Assembly: GCF_009914755.1 (NCBI RefSeq)
Contig: NC_060929.1
Reading direction: 5' to 3' (one strand)
DNA length: 64,000 bases
DNA from: the human T2T-CHM13v2.0 reference genome, Homo sapiens
Part shown: positions 24,530-38,523 of the stretch, in pieces
How positions within the stretch are numbered: position 1 is the stretch's first letter
Layout: each line of letters opens with the position of its first letter
The notes under the pieces: generated by a model
The model's database searches: none
Seen by the model: the letters and a program-made list of their open reading frames with translations, nothing else
Told to the model about the DNA's origin: nothing
Made by a program: the position numbers and the translations under genes

Positions 24530-27250
24530 GACCAGACTGTTAAGCAGTACAAGGTGTTGGGTAGGGGATCATTTTCAATGTTTTCAAACAGTGAGGCTAC
24601 AACATAGACAGCTAGATGTTTCCCTGAGTTATTTTGAAGGTAGGATCCATCAGTAAACCAGATAAGTTCAGCGTTTAAATCAGGGATTTCCTATAGGTCC
24701 TGTCTGGGGGTTTCTAAGTTATCAGTTAGGGGTACACAGTCATGTGGCATCTTGTCAGAAGGAAGAAGTAAAAGTGGCAAGATTCAAAGAATTGTAGTCC
24801 GTAACATTTGCAGTACAGGGTGATAATAATAGGATTTCATAAGAAACGAGTTTCCTCGCAAGAGACAAGTTGGGTATGATGAGAGTTGAGGAGGGCCTCA
24901 ATAGAGTGAGACATAAATAATTAACAGATTCTATCCTTAACTGTTCAATTGACTTTAATAAATATGCAGTGACTGCAATGGCTTGCATACAGCATAGGAG
25001 TATTTTCTCCACAGATTTGAACTGTTGGTTGTAATATTTGAGGGGTTGCTCTTGGTGTCCTTACTTTGGGGAAGAATCACTAAGGTGTTTCCAGTTGGTT
25101 CATAAACAGAAAGGGAACAGAAAAGGTTAAAAGCAGGATGTTCTAATGCAGGGTTCTCAATAGGACTCTCCTTAAAATGCTCAAAAGAGGAGGAGACTTC
25201 TTTAGGACATTGTAGAAGTTTGGGATGGTCAGCTTTTAGAGAGAATATAGAGGCTGAGCCATGACAGATACATCTGGGGTCCATTGTTTACATTTATTGT
25301 AGGGGTCAAAGGAAAACTTCCTCTTCAACCTCTAAGTTGCTGCAAATAGACTGACAAAAGGGAGATTAATAGGGAAAAAAGGCACACAGGTTTATTAATG
25401 TGCACAGAGGAAAAATCACGAGTGATTACCACACCATGGAATACAAGATGGTTATATATCTTTCTTATTAGGAGAAAGGGAGATGGAGAAGCGTTAATGC
25501 TTCTAGTGTGGTAGTAAATCATCTTTAGGAGAATTCAATAGGCATGCAGAACACACAATGACCTAGGACAAAGTTTGTTGGGCCCACAGAGCAGACAATG
25601 GTTTGTAACATATCTTTCCAGGTGCACAGTTAGACTTCAATCTTTGTTCCTGTGATAATAGTTCAGCTAATGAAAACTCACAGAAGGAATCAGAGGCAAT
25701 TGTTTTCTTCTTTGGCATGTCCGAGCTTTAGGCATATAAGGGAACTTCAGAGAACAACTTCATCTTGTGCTTTGGGAGACACAGAGGATTGAGAGGCAGA
25801 AGTGGGAAGCGGAGGTCAGAGAGACATTGAAAGTTTTCTTCTTCAGTTCAGCATGTCAAAGGGCCATATTTTGGAGTATTGGTTGTTGACCCCCAATACT
25901 ATCTTGGTAATCCCAAGACTCACTGGAGTTGTCTTTTGGTAACACAGGTAGGAATAGCCAAGATTTATTTTATTCTTTGAAGATCAATCAGAAGACTCTG
26001 TCCTGAATTGTAATGTTCTAAATATTTTACTTATGGAAGACAGAGAGTTCTAGCTTCTTTTTTAAAAGACTTTATGGACTTTGGTGGTTAACTTCTTTAA
26101 TAGTTAGAGGCTTTTCTCTATGGAGGCCTTTAGGGTGGAGAACAAAGTCATGTCCTTCACATATGCAATACGAAGAGAATGCAGAGGAAATTCCAAATCT
26201 GCTATGTTTTCTTTTAAGACTTGGGAAAAGTACATGGGTCTTTCAATATACCCCTAAGGCATTACAGTTCAGATATATTGCTTTCTTTCCCAGGTTAAGG
26301 AAAAAGAACAAAACAAAACTGGCTATCTGGATCAACTGGGATGCTAGGAAAAGCACTGCAGAGGTCAGTCACAAAGAAAGCCTAACTATCTGGTGGTATG
26401 GCTGGTAGAAATGTGTGTGGGTTACTTATAACAGGATGGTGGGGTATTATAATTTTATTGATGTCTGTAAAGTCTTGGACAAATTTCCAAATCAGTTATT
26501 TGAATTTTGTACTGGTAGGATTGGTGTATTAAATTGCCTAGTGTATAAAATGATTACCCTTGCTTGGGGTAATCCTCAATAATTGCCTTGATTTCCTGAA
26601 TGGCTTTCTGGCATGAAGGTATTGTTTAGTATTTGGAAGTCTTTTTGTTTCATCTATCTGTATTTTAATTGTTGATACTGATGAATGTGATCAACGGCAG
26701 TGGTGCACTGGGACCATATGTTTTCAGGGATATAGTTGAGTAAGTCCTAAAATGTTTTATTAGGAGAAATTTCCTCTTTGTGTTCCAGAAATAGAAATAT
26801 AGGGACAGAGTGTTCAGTGGGTTCCTAGAGGATTGCCTCTTAAGCAGTTTTTGTTTTTTATTTTCCAATGCTAATGTCATTTTCCGTTTTTGAGAGAAAA
26901 AGAAAGTGAGCTCTATGAGTTTCAAAAAATCTCAGGTACTTAATTTAATGGAAGCTAAGGGACTAAGAGCAACTGGTGAGAAACCTGTAGTTCTGTGACT
27001 TGAAAGTCTGTAAAAAGAGAATAATAAGTAAATTGTCATCAGTTGATTTGAAACCCCAACTATTTGCATTTTGTTTTCCAAGGAAGAACAGAAAATGTAG
27101 TTGAGTTTATTATTGACAATGTGGCCCTTGTATCTATGAAAGTTATAAAGGCTTCATATTTAATGATTTCAATTTCACGTAAAGTCATAGTTAAAAGAAA
27201 GGGGTAAGCCTCCCTGGAAGCACCTCTAGCATTTTGTCTTACAAGAGAAA
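24530..27250 (-). pseudogene. Fossil class-I (epsilon-like) ERV pro-pol: protease, RT, RNase H start
   Basis: FIDTRATLSIIN (protease DTG site, about 27130); DLCSAFPSIPVDPDSQF, TVMP*GYIERPMYFSQ and AYVKD (RT; YVDD decayed, about 26150-26370); AQPLYSL, NPALEHP, CMQAIAVTA and SYEILLLS (connection); LIWFTDGSY (RNase H, about 24650). Confidence 0.85.
25298..25898 (-). mobile_element. MER34-family ERV1 solo LTR inserted into the RT fossil
   Basis: TGTAGGGGTCAAAGGAAAACTTC..CTTCAGTTCAGCATGTCAAAGGGCCATATTTTGG..CCCCAATA; 4-bp TSD TTAT/CTAT. Confidence 0.75.
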
Positions 27251-28740
27251 GGAAAAGGTACATTTTCATGTTATTATCTGAATTACATTCCCCCAAAAAA
27301 GTGATCAAAATTTAAAGTAAAGGAAAAAATACATATAGGAGTTATTTAAAGATCCTCATCTGGGTACCTTTATATGCATTTACACAAATGAAGAAAACAT
27401 TTTTAAAGAATGTATTAAGATATTTTCCAATTAATATTTTGTAATTTTAATTTTTCTATAATTAATATGAAATGTAATCTGAAATTAATGGCAATAACTG
27501 ATTAGGCTATAATATTTGTAGTGATTTCTCATTTAAATTAGGAAAGATATTTAAATGTGACACAAATGGTTCTGCTATTTTCCTGGCCTCATATCACAGT
27601 TAATTTCACTGTGACACATAAAGGTGAGTTTAAGAGATTATGTTTTCTATTATAAAAGGTTATTAGTTACTAAGTTGAGAAATATTGTACATGCTTCAAG
27701 AATACTGTCTAAATGACCTCTCTAGAGTACACATTGTTTTTTTTTTTCATTTTCCTTCCATGTATTTAAAAAAGGCCCTTAAGTTTACATTCATAAAGAG
27801 ATGTTTAGCCATTTGCATTTATCAACCACAACTTTGTATGACACCAGAGAATGTAATGACAGACAAATGATTTGAATAATTAATTTTAAACCTCCCACAT
27901 TAAGTGACTCAACATCTGGCAAATTTACAAGAGAAAAACATTAGAGTTTTTATGACAAGTAGTCTTTATTCATTCACTGTAACTAATGTTTATGAGCTGC
28001 AGTATGGAAACCTGTTCTGGTTCTCTATGCCCCTGCCTTCCCCATGGATAATATTACGGGAATGAAAAGTTTTGTGGCTCAATTAGGAAGTAAACACATG
28101 TAAACAAATACACACATAAATAAAATAACATTTTTTACAGTTTGTACAGCTGTCAAATAAGTTTTTTGTATATTGTTTAAGCAACCAATGTGTTGACTTG
28201 ATTTGAATAATAAAGAATAAGCTTAAGATAAATTTGGGGTATTAAACATTAAACATGGATAAAAAACAGTGAATATATAAAGGGGAGAGGGTTGTTCAAT
28301 TTTTCATAAATAAATTTTAAATACTCATTACATATTTGAAAGACATATATGTGTGTATGTATATACATGTACATATATGTCTCATAAAGCAGAAACTACA
28401 AAAACACAGCACCATAAAAATAATATCTGGTAAATTTTCTTGAATGAATTTGCATGTGGACACATATGCAGCATTTTCAAAAGAAGAATATTTTAAAAAT
28501 TATCTGATTTACTAAATAGTCATTTGTCTTTAAAGTGTTATAATTTATTTCTGGAAATACTGACAGGAAGAAGAATATAGAAAATGATTTTACTTTGATT
28601 TAATATAACATATATATCTGAATCTTTGCTTTTTAAACCAATAGATGACTTCATTAATAATTGTAAATGACACATTACCATTGGGAATATGTACTTTTAG
28701 AAATATGTTTCTGCAACTGAACATTAAACAGATTAAACAG

Positions 28741-29508
28741 TGTAGAGGAGGAAATATATTTTTTTCTTTTGGTCTCATAAATTATTTGTTGGACTGGACT
28801 CCTGTAACAAAAGACAGATTAACAAGAGATAAACAAGCCTAAATTTATTAGCATGCATATTTTGTATGTACAGATGTTCCTCAATTTACAATGCTCTTAT
28901 GTCCCAATAAACCTTTTGTAAGTTTTCAATATCGTAAGTCAAAACTTTTCAACTTATAATGGGTTTATCCAGATGTTATTTGTTTCATCAAGAAGCCCAC
29001 TGAAGACCTATTGTTTTCACACTATCATAAGTAAAAAAATATATATATATAAGTTGAATTATCATACATCAAGGAAATTCTGAATATGGGACACACCCAG
29101 AGAATGAGTAGTTCTCAAAGAGGTGGGTTTGCAATCCAGGTTATATGTCATCTTCAACAACAATAAATTTGTAAAGAAGTAACAAGACAAAGGAAAAGGA
29201 ATCTTCAGGGGTAGCAAATCAAGGGAAGGCAAATAAATGGCACATAATGGCTAGTTAGTAAAGCTTGTTAATGTAGATTCCTCTGGTATCATCCTGTAAG
29301 AGTCTAAAGTTTTCTTCAGTGGCTAACCTTTGTTCTGCCTGTTGGAAGCATTTGGTCACAGGGAAGAATATCTTCTGTCTTTGTATATCCATGTCTTGCT
29401 TTTAGGCATATAGAAGGATGACAGAGTTTTTCTCTACCTGCTTCTTTGTAATTGCCTTCACCTCTATAGTCCCTGATATTTAGGGGTGGTATGTTTTATT
29501 CTCCCCCA
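28741..29508 (-). mobile_element. MER31-like ERV1 solo LTR, interrupted by a Tigger-type MITE
   Basis: CTGTAACAAAAGACAGATTAACAAGAG..AATGTAGATTCCTCTGG..TGCTTTTAGGCA..AATTGCCTTCA. Confidence 0.65.
28871..29082. mobile_element. MER47/Tigger5-like TcMar MITE
   Basis: TA|CAGATGTTCCTCAATTTACAATG..GTCCCAATAAACC..ATCGTAAGTC, ending ..TCTG. Confidence 0.65.
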
Positions 29509-30196
29509 CTAGTGAACAACCAGAGCATCGTATTGGGTAGTGACATACACACACTCTTGGAAATATGCAGGAATGAACAACAGAGCTACTCAGATGAACA
29601 GCTAGTCATGCAACACTGAAAGCTGAAGAGATCAATTAAGTAAAACAATTACGCTTGCTTGTTAAAAATAAGCTAAACCAAAATATTGAAGATTTTGCTT
29701 TATAATGATGCTTACCACTTACAATTATCAAAATCTTTTCTTATTTCCATTAGCAGTATTAATTTCTCTTAGCAACATTTGATAGAAGTATCGTGGCCTA
29801 TGTGGGTATGTTATCTGCTGATTGATTTCATCATCTGTCAAATGTTTTTAAAATTATTTTAAGTTGAATTTTCCCCTTAAAAATACGTTATGGAGATCTG
29901 TTTCAATATGCGTCATAAATATTCAATCCAGGAAAAGAAAAAAAGATCCACTACAAAATCATTATCTTACATTTACTTTCTACACAAATTCATATGATTG
30001 CTTTTTTGCTTATGAAATACACTCAAAATCTACTGTGTTTTTGGAGTTTTTTTTAATTGAGATTTGCATTACATCAAAATAATAAAATACCTTTGAATAC
30101 ATAAAATCTATTTCTGAAATATTTATCTGTCCAACAGATGGAATTTTATGAAAAGCATCCTATTTAAACATTTTTAAGACAGTACTAGGAATATGG

Positions 30197-30795
30197 TATT
30201 GGAGCTCAAAAACACATATCCCAAACCATGGCACTTTGACATGCTGAACTGAAGAAGTCTTCTCAAGGTCTCTCTGACCTTCACTCCTTCCTCTGGTCTC
30301 TCAATGCTGTCTCTCCTAAAGCACAGGATAAAATTGTTCTCTAAAGTTTCCTTATCTGTCTAAAGTTCAGATCTGCCAAAGAAGAAAACAATTACCTCTG
30401 GTCCCTTCCCTGAATTTTCATCAATTGACTCAGATCACAAAAAGAAAGATTGAAATCTGTCAACAAACCTGGACAGACTTTTGTCACAAACCATTATCTG
30501 CTCAGTGCGCCCAACAAACTTTGTCCCATGCCATTGTAAGTTCTTCAAGCCCATTTAATTCCCCTAAAAATCATTTACTACCTCTCTAAAATTATCCACA
30601 CTTCCTGAATCCCCTACCCCCTTAGAAGTAGGATATATAGGTGTATGTACCCCATTGGGATATTGGGCAATCATTCCATGATTCTCCTCCATACATGCTA
30701 ATAAATTTGTATGCCGTTTCTCCTACGAATCTGCCTTTTGTGAATTGGTCTTTCAGCAAAACTTCAGAGGGTGAAGTTTTCCCTTGGCCCCTACA
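30197..30795 (+). mobile_element. MER34-family ERV1 solo LTR
   Basis: GGAGCTCAAAAAC..GCACTTTGACATGCTGAACTGAAGAAG..CTAATAAATTTGTATGCC..TTGGCCCCTACA; TSD ATGG/ATGA; homologous in reverse to 25298-25898. Confidence 0.78.
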
Positions 30796-32457
30796 ATGAC
30801 TTGATTAGATTAAAAATTTAAAATATCACATTAAAATGTTTGTTATAGTACCTGTAATTTTATTTGACATTTTCTCTCTGGAAAGTTATAATTGCTTCTC
30901 AGATGTCATGAATCATGTGATTCAATGGTTAGAGATCTATTTTGTTTGAAGAAGCAGCTAGAAATAATAGCAATAATTATTTACACACAGGTTGATGGAT
31001 ATGTAAGCAGATAAGGAAAAAGAGATGCATACTGAAACTGTATTTATCTTATACTTTAAAGTAAAGTACATTTTATATTATTTTTATCATAAAATCATGA
31101 ACTATAATTTCTTTAGAAAAATATGGAGTGACCATGATTTATTCATGTCTTCTTCTAAAGAACCATATTATTATTGTACAAGTTGACAAAATTGAAAAAC
31201 TACAAACATAAGATTGAATAAAATATCATGTCATTATATAAACTGTGAATAATTCAAAACAACATGCATTTCTTTTGTATTCGTATAGTAGGAAGTTATT
31301 TCCATCTTGAACAAAAGCAACTCAGAATTAAATAAGCACTATTTTTACTACTTCTAGAGCATTATAAAACAGTTGCTGTTATATTGGTGTTTTTCTCACT
31401 GCCTCATTCTGCATCACTGCTGCATTTAAAGAACAATGAGACACTTCTTACTGTCCAAAACTATTAATGCTACAGCTATAGTCAATTATATGTTTGATCA
31501 GTTATTAAAGCTAGAAAATAGAGCAAAGTGAAACTTCTGTTGGATTAAAATTAAAATGTGTGTAATACGAAAAGTAACTTGTGTTTTTTCTAATATTTCA
31601 GAATTCTTTACATGTTTTTATATGTAGTTTTATGTTTCCCTTATAAAAACTACATATATTGAAAAATGTCCACCTTATGGAAAAACATATCTATAAAATA
31701 CAAAGAGCCATATGTTGCTTTTCTTATGCAATCCCTTGTGCTTCTTTTAAATCGTCTTTTAAAACCCAATGAACCTCATTTTAATATTAATTGTAACACT
31801 TGGCACTTAGCGCTTTTCCTCTGAAGAAAGCCAAAGCACTTAGCAATGAAAAATCTCAGCCATCAACCAGGACAAATATGTGAGGAAGGACTCCATAAAT
31901 GAAAAGCCAATTTAAACTAGGAAGCGATTTGAATTCATACCCCTTTCAATTGGGCAACAGGAAAAGAACCAATTTTTCACCAACTCTAAAGATTTGCAGC
32001 AGAAGATAAAGGTAAATCACTACTCGGTCCTTGTTGTTCAAAAGACACATGAGAAAGAAGCAATAAGAAGAATTACACACTAAACCTATCTACATGAAGC
32101 TGATAAAATGGATTATAGTGTGCCAGGCATGGCCAGATCCATTCCAAGGAGCAAAACTTCTTAAGTAATATGCATACTAATCAGAAAACCCAGGAGCACA
32201 GAAGAAAAAAATACAAACACAGACACAGACACAGACACATACACACAAACACATTACATTTGTTCTACACTTTTTTGTATAAATGGTGGTTAAATGTAGT
32301 CCTTAATGTCAGAAAGAACTTTGTTTGATTTTTTATTCAGTACATTGCTAGCTTAAAGGCTCTGAGCCTTTATGCCTTCATCTGAAAATTGAGGACAATG
32401 GCACATTTCTTGCCAGACTTGTAAAATTATAATTAAAATAAGGAATATATATGGTTT

Positions 32458-32963
32458 TGTTATAAATAAAGTTTCAGTGCCTCAAAAGAAATAGCACTCG
32501 AATATAAAATTTCCTTTTTAATTCTCAGCAGGGCAATGTACTTCTATAGAAGGGTGCGCCCTTACAGATGGAGCAATGGTGAGCGCACTCCTGGACAAGG
32601 GAGGGGAAGGGGTTCTTATCCCTGACGCACGTGGCCCCTGCTGCTGTTCATTCCCTTATTGGCTAGGGTTAGACGGCACAGGCTAAACTAATTCCGATTG
32701 GCTGATTTAAAGAGAGTGATGGGGTGAGTGGTTTGGTGGGAAAAATGGTTATGGCAGAGCAGGAAATTGGAATGAGTCAGGGTGGAAAATGAGCAGGTAA
32801 TCCGAATGAGTCAGGGTGGAGCAGGTAATCAGAATGAGTCAGAGTGGAGCAGGTAATCGAAAAAGGTTGCTTTATGAGGAAGTTAAATTTAAAAGTAGAA
32901 GACAAAGAATTGAACACACTGACATTGATTCTTTGAAGAAAAATTTAGAACTTATATCTAACA
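32458..32963 (-). mobile_element. LTR10 (LTR10A/F-like, HERV-IP10) solo LTR
   Basis: Minus start TGTTAGATATAAGTTCTAAATTT..CAAAGAATCAATGTCAG; ~28-bp repeats GAATGAGTCAGGGTGGAGCAGGTAATC; 4-bp TSD GTTT. Confidence 0.9.
32773..32841. promoter_or_regulatory. Three AP-1 (TGAGTCA) motifs in the LTR10 internal tandem repeat
   Basis: TGAGTCA at 32773, 32807 and 32835; activity not shown. Confidence 0.55.
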
Positions 32964-33515
32964 GTTTTTTAAAAGTTAGTTCTTTGTTCATTGAAAGTAT
33001 TCAATAATGGTAAGTATTATTACTGTATTTACACAGAAGTAAATTTATAAAAATGTATATATTTCATGTTTACTTCAATTTAATATTCCTAATTGAAACA
33101 TATATTTTGTAGATATTTTAAATATGTATCTCTATTTTATTAGAAAATACAATTATTTTAAATGGTTTTATGATCTCCTGCTTGTTATCAATTTGTTTTT
33201 GTATGTCATTATTTGGAATTTTAAAGTATCCTTTCTAAACTCAAAATACAGAACTCATCTTTCTCTATAGTTATCTTTTGCTCATAAAATTATAAACAAA
33301 TTTTACTCTATATTAAAATATAAACTTCTCTGTATGCAGGTACTTATATTTGATTATAGTTTAAATTCAACATTCATCTGTAATATCCTCAAAAACATAA
33401 GTACTCTCAACTTTTCTAAAGTAATTTTACTTTCAAAATACATTATCAATAGTAAGGAAAAATATTTATGTATAATTATCTCTGTGAACTAAGAATGTCT
33501 TAATGTCAGCAGAAG

Positions 33516-34031
33516 TGTTACAGGAAAGGGGCCCCAATCCAGACCCCAAAAGAGGGTTCTTGGATCTCATGCAAGAAATAATTCAGGGTGAGTTTGCAGT
33601 GCAAAGCAAAAGCACATTTATTAAGAAAATAAACTGGTGAAAGGACAGCTACTCCATAGGCAGAGCAGGTAGTTCCTGAAAGTAAGAGGAGGAACGCATC
33701 CACCCTAGGTACAATGCTTGTATATATGGGTAGATGTACTCTGCTACAAGGGTTTCTGATAAAGAATTAATTTTCTAAATTACTATATTTTGCAAGAATC
33801 AATATTATTATCTTTAAAACAAAATTAGGAAAGCCTTTGTTCATCAGATATTGGGATATCTGGACACTCCCAAGTCTGGGTCTGTTTAGTAAATATTATT
33901 AATTTGTTCCCTTAACGATAAACACCTAGAGGCTAGGAATGTCTAACTTTCTGGGAATGCAGCCCAGTCTCCGCCTCATTTTCCTAGCCCTCATTCAGAA
34001 TGGAGTAGCTCTGGTTCAAACCCTTCTGATG
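33516..34031 (-). mobile_element. MER41-group ERV1 solo LTR
   Basis: TGTTACAGGAAAGGGGCCCCAATCCAGACCCCAAAAGAGGGTTCTTGGATCTC..GGAGTAGCTCTGGTTCAAAC; exact subfamily uncertain. Confidence 0.8.
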
Positions 34032-34094
34032 ATTAGTATTTCATTTTTTACTTTAAGTAAAATTATATATATATTTTTTCTTATATAAAATGTT

Positions 34095-34196
34095 ATGTGT
34101 GTGTGCATATATATATATATACACACACACATATATATATACACATATATATATATACACACATTATATATATACACATACATATATGTATGTATA
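34095..34196. repeat. Compound (TG)/(TA)/(CA) microsatellite
   Basis: Directly visible. Confidence 0.92.
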
Positions 34197-34851
34197 ACAC
34201 TGTAAGTCTCTAACATACATTCTTAAGGACAAAAGCTCCCCTTCTTTTGTAAAATTTCTTTGAATCTGCAACAGGACCTCAGGATAATTTTACCCTTCCA
34301 GTCTTCATGCTAGGTTCTACTCTTTCTCAGTAAGGCCATTGACTAGATTGCCTTTATTTACCTGACAATTTCATGAAACAATTGTGTGTTAGCTCCACCT
34401 GTATTATCCAGTATTTGACTATCTTTCCAATTAGCCAGTTCATTCTGATGAAAAGGCCAGTTATTTATCTATTTCATTATAGTATTTTTGTATTATTTGC
34501 ATTCTACCTTACCTCCTTATATATCCCTGAATTTATATAGCATCTAATAACTTTTAAATAACATTTTAGTAAAGTCATTTGCATTCAGAAAAGCACTCAT
34601 GAAATTTGTGGGAACTATTATTATGAATCAAAAAGTACAAATTGTCTTTATTACAGCAATCAATGCCAACTCTAACTTTACTTGGAAGCAACATCTATAC
34701 TTTTTTCTCCATATTTCAAAAAATTAACTTTCAAACCAACAATAATACAATAGACATTTTTAGTAACTACAATAATTATATTGACTTTAATCAAGAAAAA
34801 AACCCTCAGCTTGTGCAATTATTTTGACATATTAGATCTCTTTTCACTATT

Positions 34852-35223
34852 TGCTATGGTTTGAAGCAAAAACCATGTGTTGGAAAAAGCATGTGTTGGA
34901 AACTTAATTGCCAATACAACAAGGTAGGGAAGTGGTGCTTAATGAGAGGTGATTAGGCCTGGAGCACAGAGTGAATGAATTAATACAGTCATTGCTGGAG
35001 TGGTTTTGTTACAAAAGGGTAAGTTCAGCCCCTTTTCTCTTTCTCACCCTTTCTTACCTTTCCACCTTCTATCATGAGATGATATAGCAAGAAGGCCGTT
35101 GCCAAGGTCAGCACATTTACCTTGGACTTTCCAGCCTCTAGAATCATGAGTCAATATTTCTGTTCACAGTAAATTATCCAGTCTGTGGTATTCCGTAACA
35201 GCAGCACAAAATGATCTAAGACA
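34852..35223 (+). mobile_element. MST (MSTC/D-like) MaLR solo LTR
   Basis: TGCTATGGTTTGAA..TTGGACTTTCCAGCCTCTAGAA..CTAAGACA; perfect 5-bp TSD CTATT. Confidence 0.85.
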
Positions 35224-38196
35224 CTATTGAATCAACTGAATTTATTCACTTGTTTACCAACTAAAGTAATGCAGGAGGAAGAGTATCAGTAGGCTGCCTT
35301 TAGCACCCATATCTATGCTAAATAATAGGGTGTGGGCTAGAGAAATCTGAAGGCCACAATGTATAAGCATGAAATAGAATCAAACTCTGAATCTATTAGG
35401 TAAATAAAGTTAACTGATGGAAACATCCAGCATAATGACTGTTGTCTTAAGACCAGCACACATTATAATAAAAGTTCCCATTTTTTCTTTGAAGCTATAT
35501 CTAGATATCTATTACTATCAAGTCCTTCATCTTCTACATAAAGAGGAGACTTTAGCCATAAATTTACAATGATTCATCAGATATTGGTACTTAACATTGT
35601 ATGGAAGATTACTCCATTATTTCAGAGATGTTCATGATTAGATAAACATGATTAGATTAAAAATATGTAGTATAACAAACTAATCTGTTTATCATGAAAA
35701 ATTCTGACTCTGCTTAGGAATCAAAAAATCCTATTTTTTGATTGGGGCTAGCTTGCAATGATAAATCAATGGGTTAAATAACAAATCATACTACCTTAGT
35801 CTTTAAAATTTTTAAGAATAGGTATGTAATATTTCAATAAATATTTATAGGGCACTAATGATGTATGAAACTTTTCTCAGCCATCAAATATCACATAATC
35901 ACTGTTTTTATAACATATATATTTCAATGGCTATGTAAATGAGGAGAGCATTGTAGCTGGGGAGTGAAATAGAAATATTACTTCTTGAGATAAATATTAA
36001 AACATTGTTCTGCACCTCTGTTTTCACTTTAGCAGGTATTTAAGCACTGTTTAAATTGAAAATTTCAAGAGACTTCTAATTATTAGTTTAGCAAGTTTAA
36101 CAGAATAGATAATATTCATCATCTTTTATATTTTTCTTGTTGTGAGGGTATTTGAGGTTAAATAATGCACTTGTCTATACAACAGCAAAGGAAAGTTGTT
36201 CCCAATATTAATGTCTGATATCAAGCTTTTCAGAAGTCTACTAACTCAAGTGGTCTGTAGTTGAATACACTCTAATGCCAGGTGGAGTATCAGAAAATGT
36301 GTATGAGGTTTTAATTATCTGAAAACCCAAAATGAACTGCTACTCATGATACCTGGGGATTTTAATGAAGAGCATACATATGTTCTTCTTGCTAATTGAA
36401 GATGAGCTTCATTTTAACGAATTTAATCCCCTGGGAATTTAAACATTAAAAAAGAAAAGGATTGAAAATAATTTTAAAAACCCAAGATAAACTTTGCTAA
36501 AACTCTGCCTTTTGAATTGAAAATTATTGGAGGTTTCATATGGCAAATAATTGGGTTGAATATGTAAAATAGCTATGATATAGAAGTTTACAAATGTATA
36601 AGTGCTATTTTCTTACAGTTAACAATAAAGCAAAATTCAAACAAAAGGTTAATAATATATGTGAATAAAGTATTAGGTCTCCAAATTGAAATCAGATTAT
36701 TAGATGAATATAAAAATTGAACTGTTAGTAGAACATTAATAATCATTAGCATTTAGAGGTAGAAAATTCTTAGATGTAGAGTTTAGAATAATTAAAGTTT
36801 TACTTTGTAAGTAGCCCACATACAGATCATAACAACTTTAAAAGAAGAAAAAAAAAGTGCCATTTGAAAATAAAAGCAACACATTGAAATTGAGAGGGCA
36901 AGATCAATGTAAATGCCCTTTAAATACAATAAATACTAGTCATTGTTTCTAAAAGTTGCCATGCTTTGGAACATGGGAAATACTAAAAGTTAGCTTGAAG
37001 TCACATGATTGATTCAGTCATGGTTCTATGCACAAGTTGTCACAGGAGCAGATCAGTGGCTAATTCAAACATTGCTTTAATAAAACCAATGTTGATAATT
37101 CCCTTGGAGTAACCAGAAGTGTGAGTATGAAACACCAAAAAAGAAGTTGAAGCAGGACAGAAAAAAGCCTTTGTCAGAGGAAAAAAGAAGTGTAATAACT
37201 ATAAAGATGTTTATGAGGGATGGTGGTGAGTAGCCAGAAGAGAGGGTTGATACCAGACTATGCATATAAAGAAAGGTCACAGGGTGAGAGCAGACAGCTA
37301 CTGGCAAGACCTACTCCAGAACCACCCACAGTAGACAGCACAGTGCTGTTCCACCTGGAAGGTGTGTTCCTTCTTTTATGCTAGATAATGTAGGCCATAA
37401 CCAGTTGATGCCATCACACATGTGTTCGAAGGAACTTTCAATATTCTGATTTCACATTTATCAATGCTGCCATTATGACAAGATGACAAACCTTAGAGGT
37501 ATAACACAGCATCCAATAACTGCAACATGTAATATAGGCCCCCAATTATTGCTCAAGAGAAATCTATCATTCTTTAACAATCTACTCTGAATTCTAGAAT
37601 AATATTAAAATAAGTTAATCATTGTTTTCAGTCTAGAAAACCATTAATTTATTTCTAAGATGCATGTAGTTCTCAAGCCATAACATGTCTCAAGCACTGT
37701 ATTTATTTTTATGTATTTATTTATTTAAACATTTTTAAGACCTAAGAGGTAAAAGTGAGATTGGGAGTAGGGGGAACGGGCTTATAACCTGACATCTGTT
37801 ACTCATCACAGAGGAGAAGAAAGTTTCACCTGGCAAGTGAGCCATAGTACTTACTTGGCAAGATATGCAATACATGGTAGGCCCCAAAACAGGAGAGGAT
37901 TCTCTTAGCAGATATGTAGAACAGGGAAGCAGATAGCAAAAAATTGTCTTGTTTGATGATCCAGTAAGTGGAAAAGCAACTTGTAGAACTGCCCAAAGAA
38001 GTTTTGTTGGTCTCTAGCCTCCAAATGGAAATTAAAAGGAACCATCTCATTCTTTGGAATGGAGTATCAGGCACAATATGCACAAAGCAATGATGGAACT
38101 CCATTCTTACATTAAGAGCTACAAGTCAGGGTTTAATTATTAAGATTATGTATTCCACAAGTATTTGGTTCGAAAAATAGGACGAGACAGTTTTGA

Positions 38197-38523
<327 letters not shown>

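Larger units (their letters stand above)
32275..33030 (+). mobile_element. MIR SINE split by LTR10 insertion
   Basis: GGTGGTTAAA..CTCTGAGCCTT..TCATCTGAAAATTGAGGACAATG on the left; TATTCAATAATGGTAAGTATTATTA on the right. Confidence 0.5.

Noticed and set aside
24755-27308. Domesticated retroviral pol gene
   Set aside because: Catalytic motifs are mutated (DTG to DTR, YVDD to YVKD), there are many stops, and an LTR is inserted in RT.
25298-30795. Two MER34 LTRs as the ends of one provirus
   Set aside because: They are in opposite orientation and each has its own TSD.
32760-32860. Repeat-spacer pattern as a CRISPR-like array (also 53412-53556 and 59717-59862)
   Set aside because: Head-to-tail tandem repeats with no unique spacers, eukaryotic context and no cas genes.
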